64,000 nucleotides of DNA, taken from positions 52,957 through 116,956 of the forward strand of contig JBBECS010000017.1 of the NCBI GenBank assembly GCA_040881685.1, read 5' to 3'. The DNA comes from Acidimicrobiia bacterium (GTDB lineage: Bacteria; Actinomycetota; Acidimicrobiia; IMCC26256; PALSA-555). A program made the position numbers and the translations under genes. The notes below the pieces were generated by a model, which was not told the DNA's origin, did no database searches, and saw only the letters and a program-made list of their open reading frames with translations. This document shows, piece after piece, positions 50,963 to 59,982 of the stretch. The stretch's first letter is position 1; each line of letters starts with the position of its first letter.

Positions 50963-52444
50963 GTGTCGAGTGCTGCCGCGCCTGGACGGGTGCTGAACAA
51001 TCGGTATCGGTTGGTGGACCGGTTGGCGCGTGGCGGAATGGCGACGGTGTGGGTGGCCGAGGACACGCTCCTCGCCCGCAAGGTCGCGGTGAAGACGCTG
51101 CATCCCGAGCTCTCGGTCGACGAGGCCGTTCGAGCGCGCTTCCGCAACGAAGCCGTGTCGGCGGCGGGGCTCGCCCATCCCGGCATCGTGACCACGTACG
51201 ACACCGGCGAGGATGACGGCACCGCGTACATCGTGATGGAGCTCGTCAACGGTCCGAACCTGCGGACGCTGCTCGACGAGCGTGGTCCGCTGCCGGTTCC
51301 GGGCGCGCTGCGCATCGCCCGGGGCGTCGCCGCGGCGCTCGAGGAAGCGCACCGAAACGGGATCGTGCACCGTGACATCAAGCCGGCGAACGTGCTCGTC
51401 CCGCCCGACGGCCCGGTCAAGGTGACCGACTTCGGCATTGCGAAGGCCTCCGGCACTGGTGACCTCACAAGCGCGGGGACGATCATCGGGACGGCCCGCT
51501 ACCTGGCGCCCGAGCAAGTGCGCGGCGAGCCAGCCGACGGCCGGGCCGACGTGTACGCCGTCGGCCTTCTGCTGCACGAGATGCTCGCGGGGTCGCTCCC
51601 GTTCCACGGCGACACGGAGATGAGTGCCGCGCTCGCGCGGCTCAGCGTTGCGCCCGATCCGTTGCCCGACGCGGTGCCACCCGTGGTGCAGTCGATCGTG
51701 GCGCGCAGCCTGGAGATCCACCCGAGTGAGCGATGGCCGAGTGCGCACGCCCTCGCCGCAGCCCTGGACGCCGCGCTCCGAGGGAACGAGCTCCCGGTCG
51801 AGACCGACCACACCGCGTCGCGCGCATCGCTCGCGCCGCCACCGCAGCCGGCGGAGGCATCACCTGCGCGTGCACATCAACCGCGTCCCCGGCCGCAGCG
51901 CCAGCGCGCGGCCTGGCCGTGGGCGATCCTCGGCGCCATCTTGCTCGGCGGCGGCGCCGGCGGTGGCTACCTGCTCGTGCAGGACCTCACGAAGAACAAG
52001 GGCGGCAGCAGCGACACGGTCGTGCAGATCGTGGGGGCCGACGACTTCGACCCGTTGGGCGGCGACGGCGAGCACTCCGACGAAGCCGGGAACGCGATCG
52101 ACGGCAACTCGGACACCGCCTGGACCACCGAGACGTACTCGTCGCAGGAGCTCGGCGGGAAGGAAGGCGTCGGTCTCGTCATCGAGCTCTCGGGCCTGGC
52201 GGAGGTGTCCTCGGTCGAGGTGACCGCGGGTGGCACGGACTGGAGCGCCGAGATCTACGTCGCCACCAGTCCGGCATCCACCCTCGGGGGGTGGGGTTCA
52301 TCGGTCGCGTCGCTGGAAGGTCTTGGTGCGACGGCCGTCTTCGACTTCGACGCTGTCGGCGACGTGGGCGCGATCCTGCTGTGGATCACCCGCGTCCCAA
52401 GCAACCCGAATCGTCTCGACGTGCTCGAGGTTCGGGTTGGCTGA
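50963..52444 (+). CDS. transmembrane Ser/Thr protein kinase with C-terminal discoidin/F5-8-type-C-like ectodomain
   Basis: VAVK, HRDIKPANVL, DFG and APE motifs all present. TM WPWAILGAILLGGGAGGGYLLV. Ectodomain AIDGNSDTAWTTETY... Confidence 0.9.
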   Translation: MSSAAAPGRVLNNRYRLVDRLARGGMATVWVAEDTLLARKVAVKTLHPELSVDEAVRARFRNEAVSAAGLAHPGIVTTYDTGEDDGTAYIVMELVNGPNLRTLLDERGPLPVPGALRIARGVAAALEEAHRNGIVHRDIKPANVLVPPDGPVKVTDFGIAKASGTGDLTSAGTIIGTARYLAPEQVRGEPADGRADVYAVGLLLHEMLAGSLPFHGDTEMSAALARLSVAPDPLPDAVPPVVQSIVARSLEIHPSERWPSAHALAAALDAALRGNELPVETDHTASRASLAPPPQPAEASPARAHQPRPRPQRQRAAWPWAILGAILLGGGAGGGYLLVQDLTKNKGGSSDTVVQIVGADDFDPLGGDGEHSDEAGNAIDGNSDTAWTTETYSSQELGGKEGVGLVIELSGLAEVSSVEVTAGGTDWSAEIYVATSPASTLGGWGSSVASLEGLGATAVFDFDAVGDVGAILLWITRVPSNPNRLDVLEVRVG

Positions 52445-53060
52445 CCCCACGGCCTCGGCGGGCGCGCCCCGGGCGGGCGTCCGGGCCGGTGGTGCGGCGG
52501 CGGTCGTCGAGGACAACGTGCTCGCCCGGGCCGCGGCGCGCGGTGACCGCCGGTCGCTCGAGATCCTGCTGGACCGGCACGCGGACCGCGTGCACGCGAT
52601 CTGCCGCCGCGTCATCGGGCACCGCGAAGACGCGCTCGACGCGACCCAGGAGGCGCTGGTCTCCATCACGCGTGGCATCAGCCGGTTCGACGGACGGTCA
52701 GCCTTCACGACCTGGCTCTACCGCGTCGCGACGAATGCCGCGCTCGACGAGCTGCGCCGGCGGCGGCGCCGGCCGATGCCTGTCGAAGACCTCCCCGAGC
52801 CGGTGGGTGGTGGCTCGGCGATCGACGATCGCGTCGGCGCCCGCCTCGACGTAGACGCGGCGCTCGCTCGACTACCCGAGGAGTTCCGAGTGGCCGTCGT
52901 GCTGCGCGACCTGTGCGACCTCGACTACGCGGAGATCGCCGACGTGCTCGATGTGCCACCCGGGACGGTGCGCTCACGGATCGCACGGGGCCGCGCCGCG
53001 CTCGCCGAGCTGCTCGGGAACTCCACCACCCCCGCCGAGCGTCCAAGCGAAGGATCATGA
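52437..53060 (+). CDS. ECF (sigma-70 family) RNA polymerase sigma factor, SigM-like by position
   Basis: Regions 2 and 4: RVHAICRRVIGHREDALDATQEALVSITRGISRFDGRSAFTTWLYRVATNAALDELRR ... DYAEIADVLDVPPGTVRSRIARGR. Start uncertain (TTG 52437 overlapping the kinase end, or GTG 52518). Confidence 0.85.
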   Translation: MADPTASAGAPRAGVRAGGAAAVVEDNVLARAAARGDRRSLEILLDRHADRVHAICRRVIGHREDALDATQEALVSITRGISRFDGRSAFTTWLYRVATNAALDELRRRRRRPMPVEDLPEPVGGGSAIDDRVGARLDVDAALARLPEEFRVAVVLRDLCDLDYAEIADVLDVPPGTVRSRIARGRAALAELLGNSTTPAERPSEGS

Positions 53061-53695
53061 ACGAACCCCACGACCCCGCCGAGACCGACGAGCGCGACGA
53101 AGCTCTCGCCGAGCTCCTCACCGTGCCGCCGCTCGACGACGTCACGCGGCGTCGCATGGTCCGCGAGGCCCTGGATCGCCCCCTGCCGCGTCCTTCACGC
53201 CTCATTGGCGTCGCGTCGGTCGCGGCGGCGATCGCGATCGGAGCTCTGGTCGGGGCTGTGCTGGTGACCGCGCCCGAGCAGCCCGACGCCACGACCGCGC
53301 AGCGGGCGCCCACGCCCAGCGTCAGCCCCGACGCCGAGGCCGAGGCCGAGAGGCTGACGCCGGCCGGGGCGGCGGAGTCGAGCGCGATCCCCGTCACCCC
53401 GCTCGGCGACCTCGGTGACGTGACCAAGCCGGCCGATCTGCGCGATGCCGTCGACGTCGGGTTCCAGCGCTCCGCGGGTCCGACCGAGGACAGCACGATC
53501 ATCGGCTACCCCTGCGCGGCGAACGCACCCGAGACGTTCGGCTTGGTTGCACCGAGCGCATTGGGGATCGGGACCTACAACGGCGTCGCGGTCACGGTCG
53601 TGATCGGGACATCACCGGCCGGCGAGGCGCTCGCCGTCGTGGTGCAAGCCGACACGTGCGGCGTGCTGGCGAACGTGCGGCTGCCGAAGGGCTGA
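53057..53695 (+). CDS. single-pass membrane protein, putative anti-sigma factor
   Basis: ATG 53057 overlaps the sigma stop (ATGA). Short cytoplasmic N-terminus, TM LIGVASVAAAIAIGALVGAVLV, extracytoplasmic domain. Call is by position only. Confidence 0.6.
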   Translation: MNEPHDPAETDERDEALAELLTVPPLDDVTRRRMVREALDRPLPRPSRLIGVASVAAAIAIGALVGAVLVTAPEQPDATTAQRAPTPSVSPDAEAEAERLTPAGAAESSAIPVTPLGDLGDVTKPADLRDAVDVGFQRSAGPTEDSTIIGYPCAANAPETFGLVAPSALGIGTYNGVAVTVVIGTSPAGEALAVVVQADTCGVLANVRLPKG

Positions 53696-53750
53696 CCCAC
53701 CGACCACCGCTGGCCGGGGTCGTTGCGACGCCTGTGCCAGCATCCTGCGC

Positions 53751-55280
53751 GTGACCGGGCCCTCGAAGCTGGAGGCGGCCCGCCGCTTCGGACTCCTGCT
53801 GCTGCTCGCGGTGGCGCTCCACGCCGCGGCCTTCGCGGTCGATCTCTTCAACCCCGACGAAGCCTTCCTCGGAACCCAGGGCCGCGTCATCCTCGACGGC
53901 GGGTCCGTCTACGACGACACCACTGACCGCAAGGCACCGATCGTGCCCTACCTCTATGCCGGCGCGTTCGAGGTGGGCGGTGACGGCACCGTCGAGGGTC
54001 CGCGCGTCTTGGCGATCCTCGCGCTCGCACTGACCGCGTTCCTGACCTACCTGGAGGGGCGCGCGCGCTGGGGCGAGCGGGCGGGGCGGGCTGCTGGCGT
54101 GCTCTGCCTGTTCGCGAGCGTCGCATTCCTTCCCGGCGACGCGCAGGCCGCCAACTTCGAGCTTTTCATGCTGCCGGCGACCGTGGCCGCAGTGATGCTC
54201 GCTCGGCGCGCGCGGTGGGTCGGATCGGGCGTCGCGGCCGCGCTCGCCGTGCTGGTGAAGCAGACCGGGGGGACGATCCTCCTCCCGATCGCGTATCTCG
54301 CGCTCCGCGATCGCGGGCGGCAACGGCTGCGCTCGGTCGCGCTCGTCGGCGCGGGGTTCGCGGTGCCGATCGCGATCACCGCGTTGCTCGTCGGCGTGGG
54401 CGAGTACCTGCGCTGGAACGTGCTCGGCAACGGAGACTTCGCGTCGCCGCCCCCGATCGGCGAGGCAGTCCAGGTCTTCTTCGAGCAGTGGGGGATCTGG
54501 ATCGGCCTCAACGCGCCGATCGTGCTGCTGCTCGTGGTTGCGTGGCGGGACCACCGTCGCGAGCGCGAGGCGCCCAATCGGGACACCGACCTGTGGCTCT
54601 GGCTCCTCGCCGGCGTCATCAGCTTGTCGGTCGGGTGGCGCTTCTACGGCCACTACTTCCTCCAGCTCGCCCCGGCCGCGGCCCTGCTCATCGCGGGCGC
54701 ACTCGCACGCCGGGCCACGGCGATCCGCGTCGCGGCGCTCGCCGCGACCGGCGCCATCGCGGTCGGCTGCGCGATCGTGGGCTTCGTTGCCGACCCCGCC
54801 GACCTCATCCGCCCCGAGATCTCCCGGGCCGCGGCGCGCGCGGTACGCGGCCATTCGGAGCCTGACGACCGTCTGCTCGTCTGGGGGCTCGCGCCGGAGG
54901 TGTATTGGGAAGCCGACCGCCTGCCCGCAACGCGCTTCGTGACCACGATGTCGTTCCTCGCCGGTGTCCAGCCGAGCCGCGATGACACCCGCGCGCGGCC
55001 GGAGCGGGCCAACCGTGAGAACTGGGACGACTTCGTCGCCGACTTCGACGCCCACCCGCCCCAGCTCGTGCTCGACACCGCGCCCGCCGACCTCAAGGAC
55101 GCCGGGCTGGCCCCGATACGCCGGTATCCGAGCCTCGCGACCCGCATCGAAGCCGACTACTGCTTCCTCCTCGAGGTGCGCGGCATGCACCTCTACGAGC
55201 GCCGCGCGGGCGACGAGGCCCGGGGCGACGACGTGCCGGGCGGGACCGACGCGCTCATCGTTCCCCCCTGCTCGACCTGA
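53751..55280 (+). CDS. GT-C-fold glycosyltransferase (ArnT/PMT family-like) membrane protein
   Basis: ~10 or more TM helices, first-loop DE motif (LFNPDEAFLG), soluble C-terminal domain. Confidence 0.7.
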   Translation: MTGPSKLEAARRFGLLLLLAVALHAAAFAVDLFNPDEAFLGTQGRVILDGGSVYDDTTDRKAPIVPYLYAGAFEVGGDGTVEGPRVLAILALALTAFLTYLEGRARWGERAGRAAGVLCLFASVAFLPGDAQAANFELFMLPATVAAVMLARRARWVGSGVAAALAVLVKQTGGTILLPIAYLALRDRGRQRLRSVALVGAGFAVPIAITALLVGVGEYLRWNVLGNGDFASPPPIGEAVQVFFEQWGIWIGLNAPIVLLLVVAWRDHRREREAPNRDTDLWLWLLAGVISLSVGWRFYGHYFLQLAPAAALLIAGALARRATAIRVAALAATGAIAVGCAIVGFVADPADLIRPEISRAAARAVRGHSEPDDRLLVWGLAPEVYWEADRLPATRFVTTMSFLAGVQPSRDDTRARPERANRENWDDFVADFDAHPPQLVLDTAPADLKDAGLAPIRRYPSLATRIEADYCFLLEVRGMHLYERRAGDEARGDDVPGGTDALIVPPCST

Positions 55281-55330
55281 CCACGCCAGCCTGGGGACAC
55301 GGATCAGGCGCCAGGTACGCTCCCCGTCCT

Positions 55331-55642
55331 ATGGCGGACGACTGGCCGAAACAAGCCGCAGACACGATCGAACGTGTCGTCGGTGCGGTCCGTGACAAGA
55401 CGGTCGTTCCGGCGCAGAAGGCCACCAAGGCCGTCGTCTACGGCCTGCTCGCCACCTTCTTCATCGGGACCGCGCTCACGCTCCTGGTGATCGGCGCGTT
55501 CCGCGGGCTCGTGATCCTCACCGGTGAGGTGTGGGGCGCCTACGGGATCTGCGGAGGAATCTTGGTGCTCGCCGGCGCGTTCTGCTGGTCGAGGCGCGCG
55601 CGCCCCTCCAAGGACGACGACGAGGACGAGGACGAATCGTGA
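55331..55642 (+). CDS. small membrane protein with acidic tail, 103 aa
   Basis: Two TM helices, C-terminal KDDDEDEDES. Stop overlaps the trxB GTG (GTGA). Confidence 0.6.
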   Translation: MADDWPKQAADTIERVVGAVRDKTVVPAQKATKAVVYGLLATFFIGTALTLLVIGAFRGLVILTGEVWGAYGICGGILVLAGAFCWSRRARPSKDDDEDEDES

Positions 55643-56571
55643 GCGAGGACCGCAAGGTCGTGATCCTGGGGTCCGGTCCCGCCGGCCTCACCGCGGCGAT
55701 CTACGCGGCCCGCGCGCTGCTCGAGCCGGTCGTCATCGAGGGCATCGAAGCCGGCGGGCAACTCATGCTCACCACCGACGTCGAGAACTATCCCGGCTTC
55801 CCCGACGGGGTCATGGGGCCCGATCTCATGACCAAGCTGCGCGAGCAGGCCGTGCGCTTCGGAGCCGAGTTCGTGACCGCCGACGCCGACCGGGTCGATC
55901 TCTCCGAACCGCCGTTCGGGGCCTGGGTCGGCTCCACCGAATACCGCGGCGACGCCGTCATCCTCTCTACGGGCGCGAGCGCACAGATGCTCGGCCTGGA
56001 GTCGGAGCAGCGCCTCCTCGCGAAGGGCGTATCCACGTGCGCGACGTGCGACGGGTTCTTCTTTCGGGGCAAGCCGATCGGTGTGGTCGGCGGCGGCGAC
56101 TCGGCGGTCGAAGAGGCGCTGTTCCTCACCAAGTTCGCCACGAACGTGACCGTGATCCACCGGCGCGACGAGCTGCGGGCGTCGAAGATCATGGCCGAGC
56201 GCGCCTTCGCCAACGACAAGATCGACTTCAAGTGGAACTCCACCGTCGAAGAGGTGCTCGGCGACCAGCGCGTCGAGGGCGTCCGCCTCAGCGACACGGA
56301 GTCGGGCAAGGAGTCGCGCCTCGATCTCGACGGGCTGTTCGTGGCGATCGGCCACACCCCGAACACCGACCTCGTCAAGGGTCAGATCGACCTCGACGAT
56401 GCGGGCTACGTGATCACGTCCCCCGACTCGACCGCCACATCGGTCGACGGCGTCTTCGCAGCCGGCGACGTCCAAGACCACGTGTTCCGTCAGGCCGTCA
56501 CGGCCGCGGGGAGCGGCTGCATGGCCGCCATCGAGGCCGAGCGTTGGCTCGCAGCCCGAGAACACGGGTAA
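55639..56571 (+). CDS. trxB: thioredoxin-disulfide reductase
   Basis: VVILGSGPAGLTAAIYAAR...CATCDGFFF...GGGDSAVEEA...FAAGDV. Confidence 0.95.
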   Translation: MSEDRKVVILGSGPAGLTAAIYAARALLEPVVIEGIEAGGQLMLTTDVENYPGFPDGVMGPDLMTKLREQAVRFGAEFVTADADRVDLSEPPFGAWVGSTEYRGDAVILSTGASAQMLGLESEQRLLAKGVSTCATCDGFFFRGKPIGVVGGGDSAVEEALFLTKFATNVTVIHRRDELRASKIMAERAFANDKIDFKWNSTVEEVLGDQRVEGVRLSDTESGKESRLDLDGLFVAIGHTPNTDLVKGQIDLDDAGYVITSPDSTATSVDGVFAAGDVQDHVFRQAVTAAGSGCMAAIEAERWLAAREHG

Positions 56572-56661
56572 CCGCAACTCCCGAAGAGCAGGAATCCCGA
56601 GAGCCGAGTCGGGGTTCGACCCGTCGGTACACTTCACCGCCCTGCCCCGAAAGGAAGCCCC

Positions 56662-56991
56662 GTGGGAGCCAACATCCAGACCCTCAGCGACGCCACGTTC
56701 GACGAGACCGTCGGCGCCGCCGAGAAGCCGGTCCTCGTGGACTTCTGGGCGGAGTGGTGCGGTCCATGCAAGATGATCGCCCCGGTGCTCGAGGAGATCG
56801 CCACGGAGCAGGGCGACAAGCTGAACATCGCCAAGCTCAACGTCGACGACAACCCGAGCACAGCGATGAAGTACAACGTGATGAGCATCCCCACCCTCCT
56901 GGTGTTCAAGGATGGCGAGCCCGTGAAGCGCCTCGTGGGCGCCAAGGGCAAGGGCCAGCTGCTCCAGGAGCTCGCCGAGTACGTGGGGTAA
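56662..56991 (+). CDS. trxA: thioredoxin
   Basis: [18 protein letters not shown]... Confidence 0.95.
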   Translation: MGANIQTLSDATFDETVGAAEKPVLVDFWAEWCGPCKMIAPVLEEIATEQGDKLNIAKLNVDDNPSTAMKYNVMSIPTLLVFKDGEPVKRLVGAKGKGQLLQELAEYVG

Positions 56992-57013
56992 CCCTTCCGG
57001 GTAAGGAGTCCCC

Positions 57014-58003
57014 ATGCCCGCTGAGCTCCGGCACGCGAGCCGCGGCGAGGCGGTCCGAGACCTCCAAGCGCGGCTCGTCGCGCTCGGCCACGACATCGGA
57101 CCGGACGATCCCGGCGACTTCGGCGACGGCACCGCGGCCGCGGTCCGCGCGTTCCAAGCGGCGCGGCGGCTGCGCGTCGATGGCATCGTCGGGCGCCAGA
57201 CGTGGAACACGCTCGTCGAGAGTGGTTTCGCGCTCGGTGACCGCCTCCTCTACTTCCGCCGCCCGATGCTCCGCGGCGACGACGTGGCCGGGCTCCAACG
57301 CCGCCTGAACGCGCTCGGCTTCGACGCCAGCCGCGAGGACGGGATCCTCGGCGCCGAGACGTACGAAGCGCTCGTCGAGTTCCAGCGCGCGTCGGGCCTC
57401 CGGCCGGATGGCATCTGCGGGTCGACGACACTCGCGGCGCTCGAGCGGGTTGGCTCCTTCGCTGACGGCTCCGCCGCGTCGATCCGAGAGCGCGAGCGGC
57501 TCCTCGCCGGGCCGCGCCACCTGGCGGGGCGGCGGGTCTACGTGGCCGCGGCCCCTGGGTTGGGCGCGCTGGCCGAGCAGGTGGCGAAGACCCTCGTCGA
57601 CGCCGGCGCCGACGCCGTGCTCGACTCCTCAGGGGAGGACGACGCGGTGATCGCCGACGAGGCGAACCGCTTCGGCGCCGACCTCTTCCTCACGCTGCGC
57701 ACCGGTGACGCCTTGTGCCGTTGCGCCTACTTCTCCACCGGCGACTTCCGTTCCGAAGCCGGCTTCGCCATCGCCACCGCGATCCACGAGGCCCTCGCCC
57801 CGATCCTGCCCACCGATGCTGGCGTATGCGGCCGGGCCTACGGCGCGCTGCGCGAGACGCACATGACCGCGGTAGTCGTCGACGTGGTCCCCGACGACGA
57901 TGTCGAGGCGATGCGCACCCTCGTGGCCCGAGCCGGTGACGTCGGCCGAGCCATCGTGCGCGGCATCCAACACGCCGTCGAGCACCCCGCCATCGACGAC
58001 TGA
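57014..58003 (+). CDS. cwlM: CwlM-like protein: two peptidoglycan-binding-1 repeats plus amidase_3-like domain
   Basis: Two repeats of the G..V..LQ..L..LG...DG.FG..T..AV..FQ type. C-terminal domain aligns by eye to N-acetylmuramoyl-L-alanine amidase. Position after trxB-trxA matches mycobacterial cwlM. Confidence 0.8.
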   Translation: MPAELRHASRGEAVRDLQARLVALGHDIGPDDPGDFGDGTAAAVRAFQAARRLRVDGIVGRQTWNTLVESGFALGDRLLYFRRPMLRGDDVAGLQRRLNALGFDASREDGILGAETYEALVEFQRASGLRPDGICGSTTLAALERVGSFADGSAASIRERERLLAGPRHLAGRRVYVAAAPGLGALAEQVAKTLVDAGADAVLDSSGEDDAVIADEANRFGADLFLTLRTGDALCRCAYFSTGDFRSEAGFAIATAIHEALAPILPTDAGVCGRAYGALRETHMTAVVVDVVPDDDVEAMRTLVARAGDVGRAIVRGIQHAVEHPAIDD

Positions 58004-58097
58004 CGAAGTTCAGCGTTCGTCGCGCGGTCTGTTCACCGCCGGGACGACGGGGCGCCGTCCTCCATCCGTGCGGAACGCATGGCGCGTGACTCGCTCT

Positions 58098-58322
58098 CTA
58101 TAGGTCGTGGTGGGCTGACCTGCCGACGTAGGCGCCGACGCCAAAGATGGCCGCCGCGGCGAGCGACACGCTCGCACCTAACGCGATCACGACGGCGAGT
58201 CCGTCGCGAAACGAGTCGGCACCTGAGGCGACGATGATCGTGGCAACCCATCCCAACCCGAAGGTCCAGATCCCCAACATCCGCAACCGAATCGCCCAAG
58301 CTTGGTCGTCCGCCATCTCCAC
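58098..58322 (-). CDS. small two-TM membrane protein, 74 aa
   Basis: MLGIWTFGLGWVATIIVASGA...LAVVIALGASVSLAAAAIFGVGAYVG. No family recognised. Confidence 0.45.
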   Translation of the reverse strand: MEMADDQAWAIRLRMLGIWTFGLGWVATIIVASGADSFRDGLAVVIALGASVSLAAAAIFGVGAYVGRSAHHDL

Positions 58323-58472
58323 CCCTCAGGTCGGCTCGTGTACGCGTGTCATCTTGCCCGGACTGACGTACAACGAGTGCAGACAGCAGTAGGAGGCTCC
58401 GATGCCCGCATCGACTGCGCAGCCCGCAACGCCAACGAGGCCCGCCGAATCATCGACGAAGTGACCGCCTAG

Positions 58473-58835
58473 TTACAGCTCGATCATGTAGCCGTCCGGA
58501 TCTGCGACGTACGCGTACGGCACCCCGGGTTGATGCTCACCGCGCTCGACGAGCTGACCGCCCGCCGCCTCAACCTGGCGCACGGCGTCGTCCAGATCCT
58601 GGCCATCGGCACGACGAAATCCGAAGTGATCGACGCCACCCGACCCGATGCGCGGATCGTTCGGTTGCTCGTTCAAGGTGATGGAGTCCGCTGCGCCGGG
58701 TGTCCGCAAGAACACGAGGGACGGCCCGTCTCGAAACTGCTCCTCCATGCTGAACGCGTCCCGGTAGAAGCGCAGCGACCATTCCAGGTCGCCCACGATC
58801 AGGTGGACGTGCGTGAGCCCCTGCGTCCGAATCAC
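58473..58835 (-). CDS. VOC/glyoxalase-family protein
   Basis: LTHVHLIVGDLEWSLRFYRDAF...VDHFGFR...YVADPDGYMIEL. Confidence 0.88.
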   Translation of the reverse strand: MIRTQGLTHVHLIVGDLEWSLRFYRDAFSMEEQFRDGPSLVFLRTPGAADSITLNEQPNDPRIGSGGVDHFGFRRADGQDLDDAVRQVEAAGGQLVERGEHQPGVPYAYVADPDGYMIEL

Positions 58836-58869
58836 GGGGACAAGTGTGCCTGCACGAAACTCGTCACGT

Positions 58870-59003
58870 CATAGGTCGGAGGGTCCGGCGCCTGATGCGC
58901 AGCCGGTCTCGCCGATCGGGCGAGACCTGGGGCGGAGCCCCGAGTGCCGCCGAAGGCGGCGGGAGCAGGGGCTTGCACGAAGTTCGGCGCTGGCTGCGTC
59001 AGC
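58870..59003 (+). repeat. conserved multi-hairpin element, copy 2
   Basis: See 50684..50824. Lies between the parB stop (59080) and the VOC gene start (58835), both on the minus strand. Confidence 0.6.
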
Positions 59004-59079
59004 AGGTGACGGCGCCCTCCGGCCGTGGTGAGCGCGCGACGCGACGTGCGCGAAGCCGTCCGCTTGTGGAACGCGCGAG

Positions 59080-59982
59080 CTAACCAGCCTTGGACCGCGG
59101 CGCGGCGGCGCGCGCTTCGGTCATGCGGCGGTAGATGCGCTCGAGGTCGTCGAGGCCGGCGAAGTCGACGGTCATCGACCCCTTGCCCCCCTTGCCCATC
59201 TTGATCTTCACCCGCGTCTCGAGGAAGTCGGCCAGCAGCTCCTCGAGCTCGGCGAGGCCGGGTGGACGCATTCGTCCGGGGGCCGGCACCTTCTCGCCGT
59301 CGCCCGCGCCGTCGTTGCGCGCGCGCACGGCCTCCTCGACCGCGCGCACCGACAGATCTTCTTTGATGGCGCGTTTGGCGAGCGCCTCCTGGAACTTGCG
59401 GTCGGGCGTTCCGAGCAGGGCGCGGGCGTGCCCCATCGAGAGCTGCACCTCGCGCACCGCGCGCTGGATGGACGGCGGGAGCTGGAGCAGTCGCAGCGTG
59501 TTGGAGATCGCGGCGCGGCTCTTGCCGACGCGTGCAGCAACCTGCTCGTGGGTCAGCTTGAAGTCTTCGATCAGCTGTTGGTAGGCCGCGGCCTCTTCGA
59601 GCGGGTTGAGGTCTTCGCGTTGGACGTTCTCGACGAGGGCCTGCTCGAGCGCGGTGTCGTCCTCGGTCTCGCGCACGAGCGCGGGGATCGTCTGCAGTCC
59701 GACGCGGCGCGCGGCGCGCCAACGACGCTCGCCGGCGATGAGCTCGAAGCCGTCGCCTGCCGGGCGCACGAGCACGGGCTGGAGCAGTCCGACCTCGCGG
59801 ATGGAGTCGGCGAGCGCGCCGATCGACTCCTCGTCGAAGACGTCGCGTGGCTGGTAGGGATTCGGGCGAATTGCCGCGATTGGGATTTCTCGGTACCCCG
59901 AGACGGCCTGGACCGGGTGGTCGGCCGTGCCCGGAGGGATGAGGGCGCCGAGGCCCCTACCCAGCCCGCTTGACCGCGCCAC
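59080..59982 (-). CDS. parB: chromosome partitioning protein ParB
   Basis: GLGRGLGALIP...PNPYQPR...LLQPVLVR...IAGERRWRAA... Confidence 0.95.
   Translation of the reverse strand: MARSSGLGRGLGALIPPGTADHPVQAVSGYREIPIAAIRPNPYQPRDVFDEESIGALADSIREVGLLQPVLVRPAGDGFELIAGERRWRAARRVGLQTIPALVRETEDDTALEQALVENVQREDLNPLEEAAAYQQLIEDFKLTHEQVAARVGKSRAAISNTLRLLQLPPSIQRAVREVQLSMGHARALLGTPDRKFQEALAKRAIKEDLSVRAVEEAVRARNDGAGDGEKVPAPGRMRPPGLAELEELLADFLETRVKIKMGKGGKGSMTVDFAGLDDLERIYRRMTEARAAAPRSKAG

Noticed and set aside
53592-57210. Long minus-strand ORFs 53592..55190 and 55540..57210
   Set aside because: Antisense shadows of the GT-C glycosyltransferase and trxB/trxA genes. No motifs, extreme Arg/Glu/Asp content.
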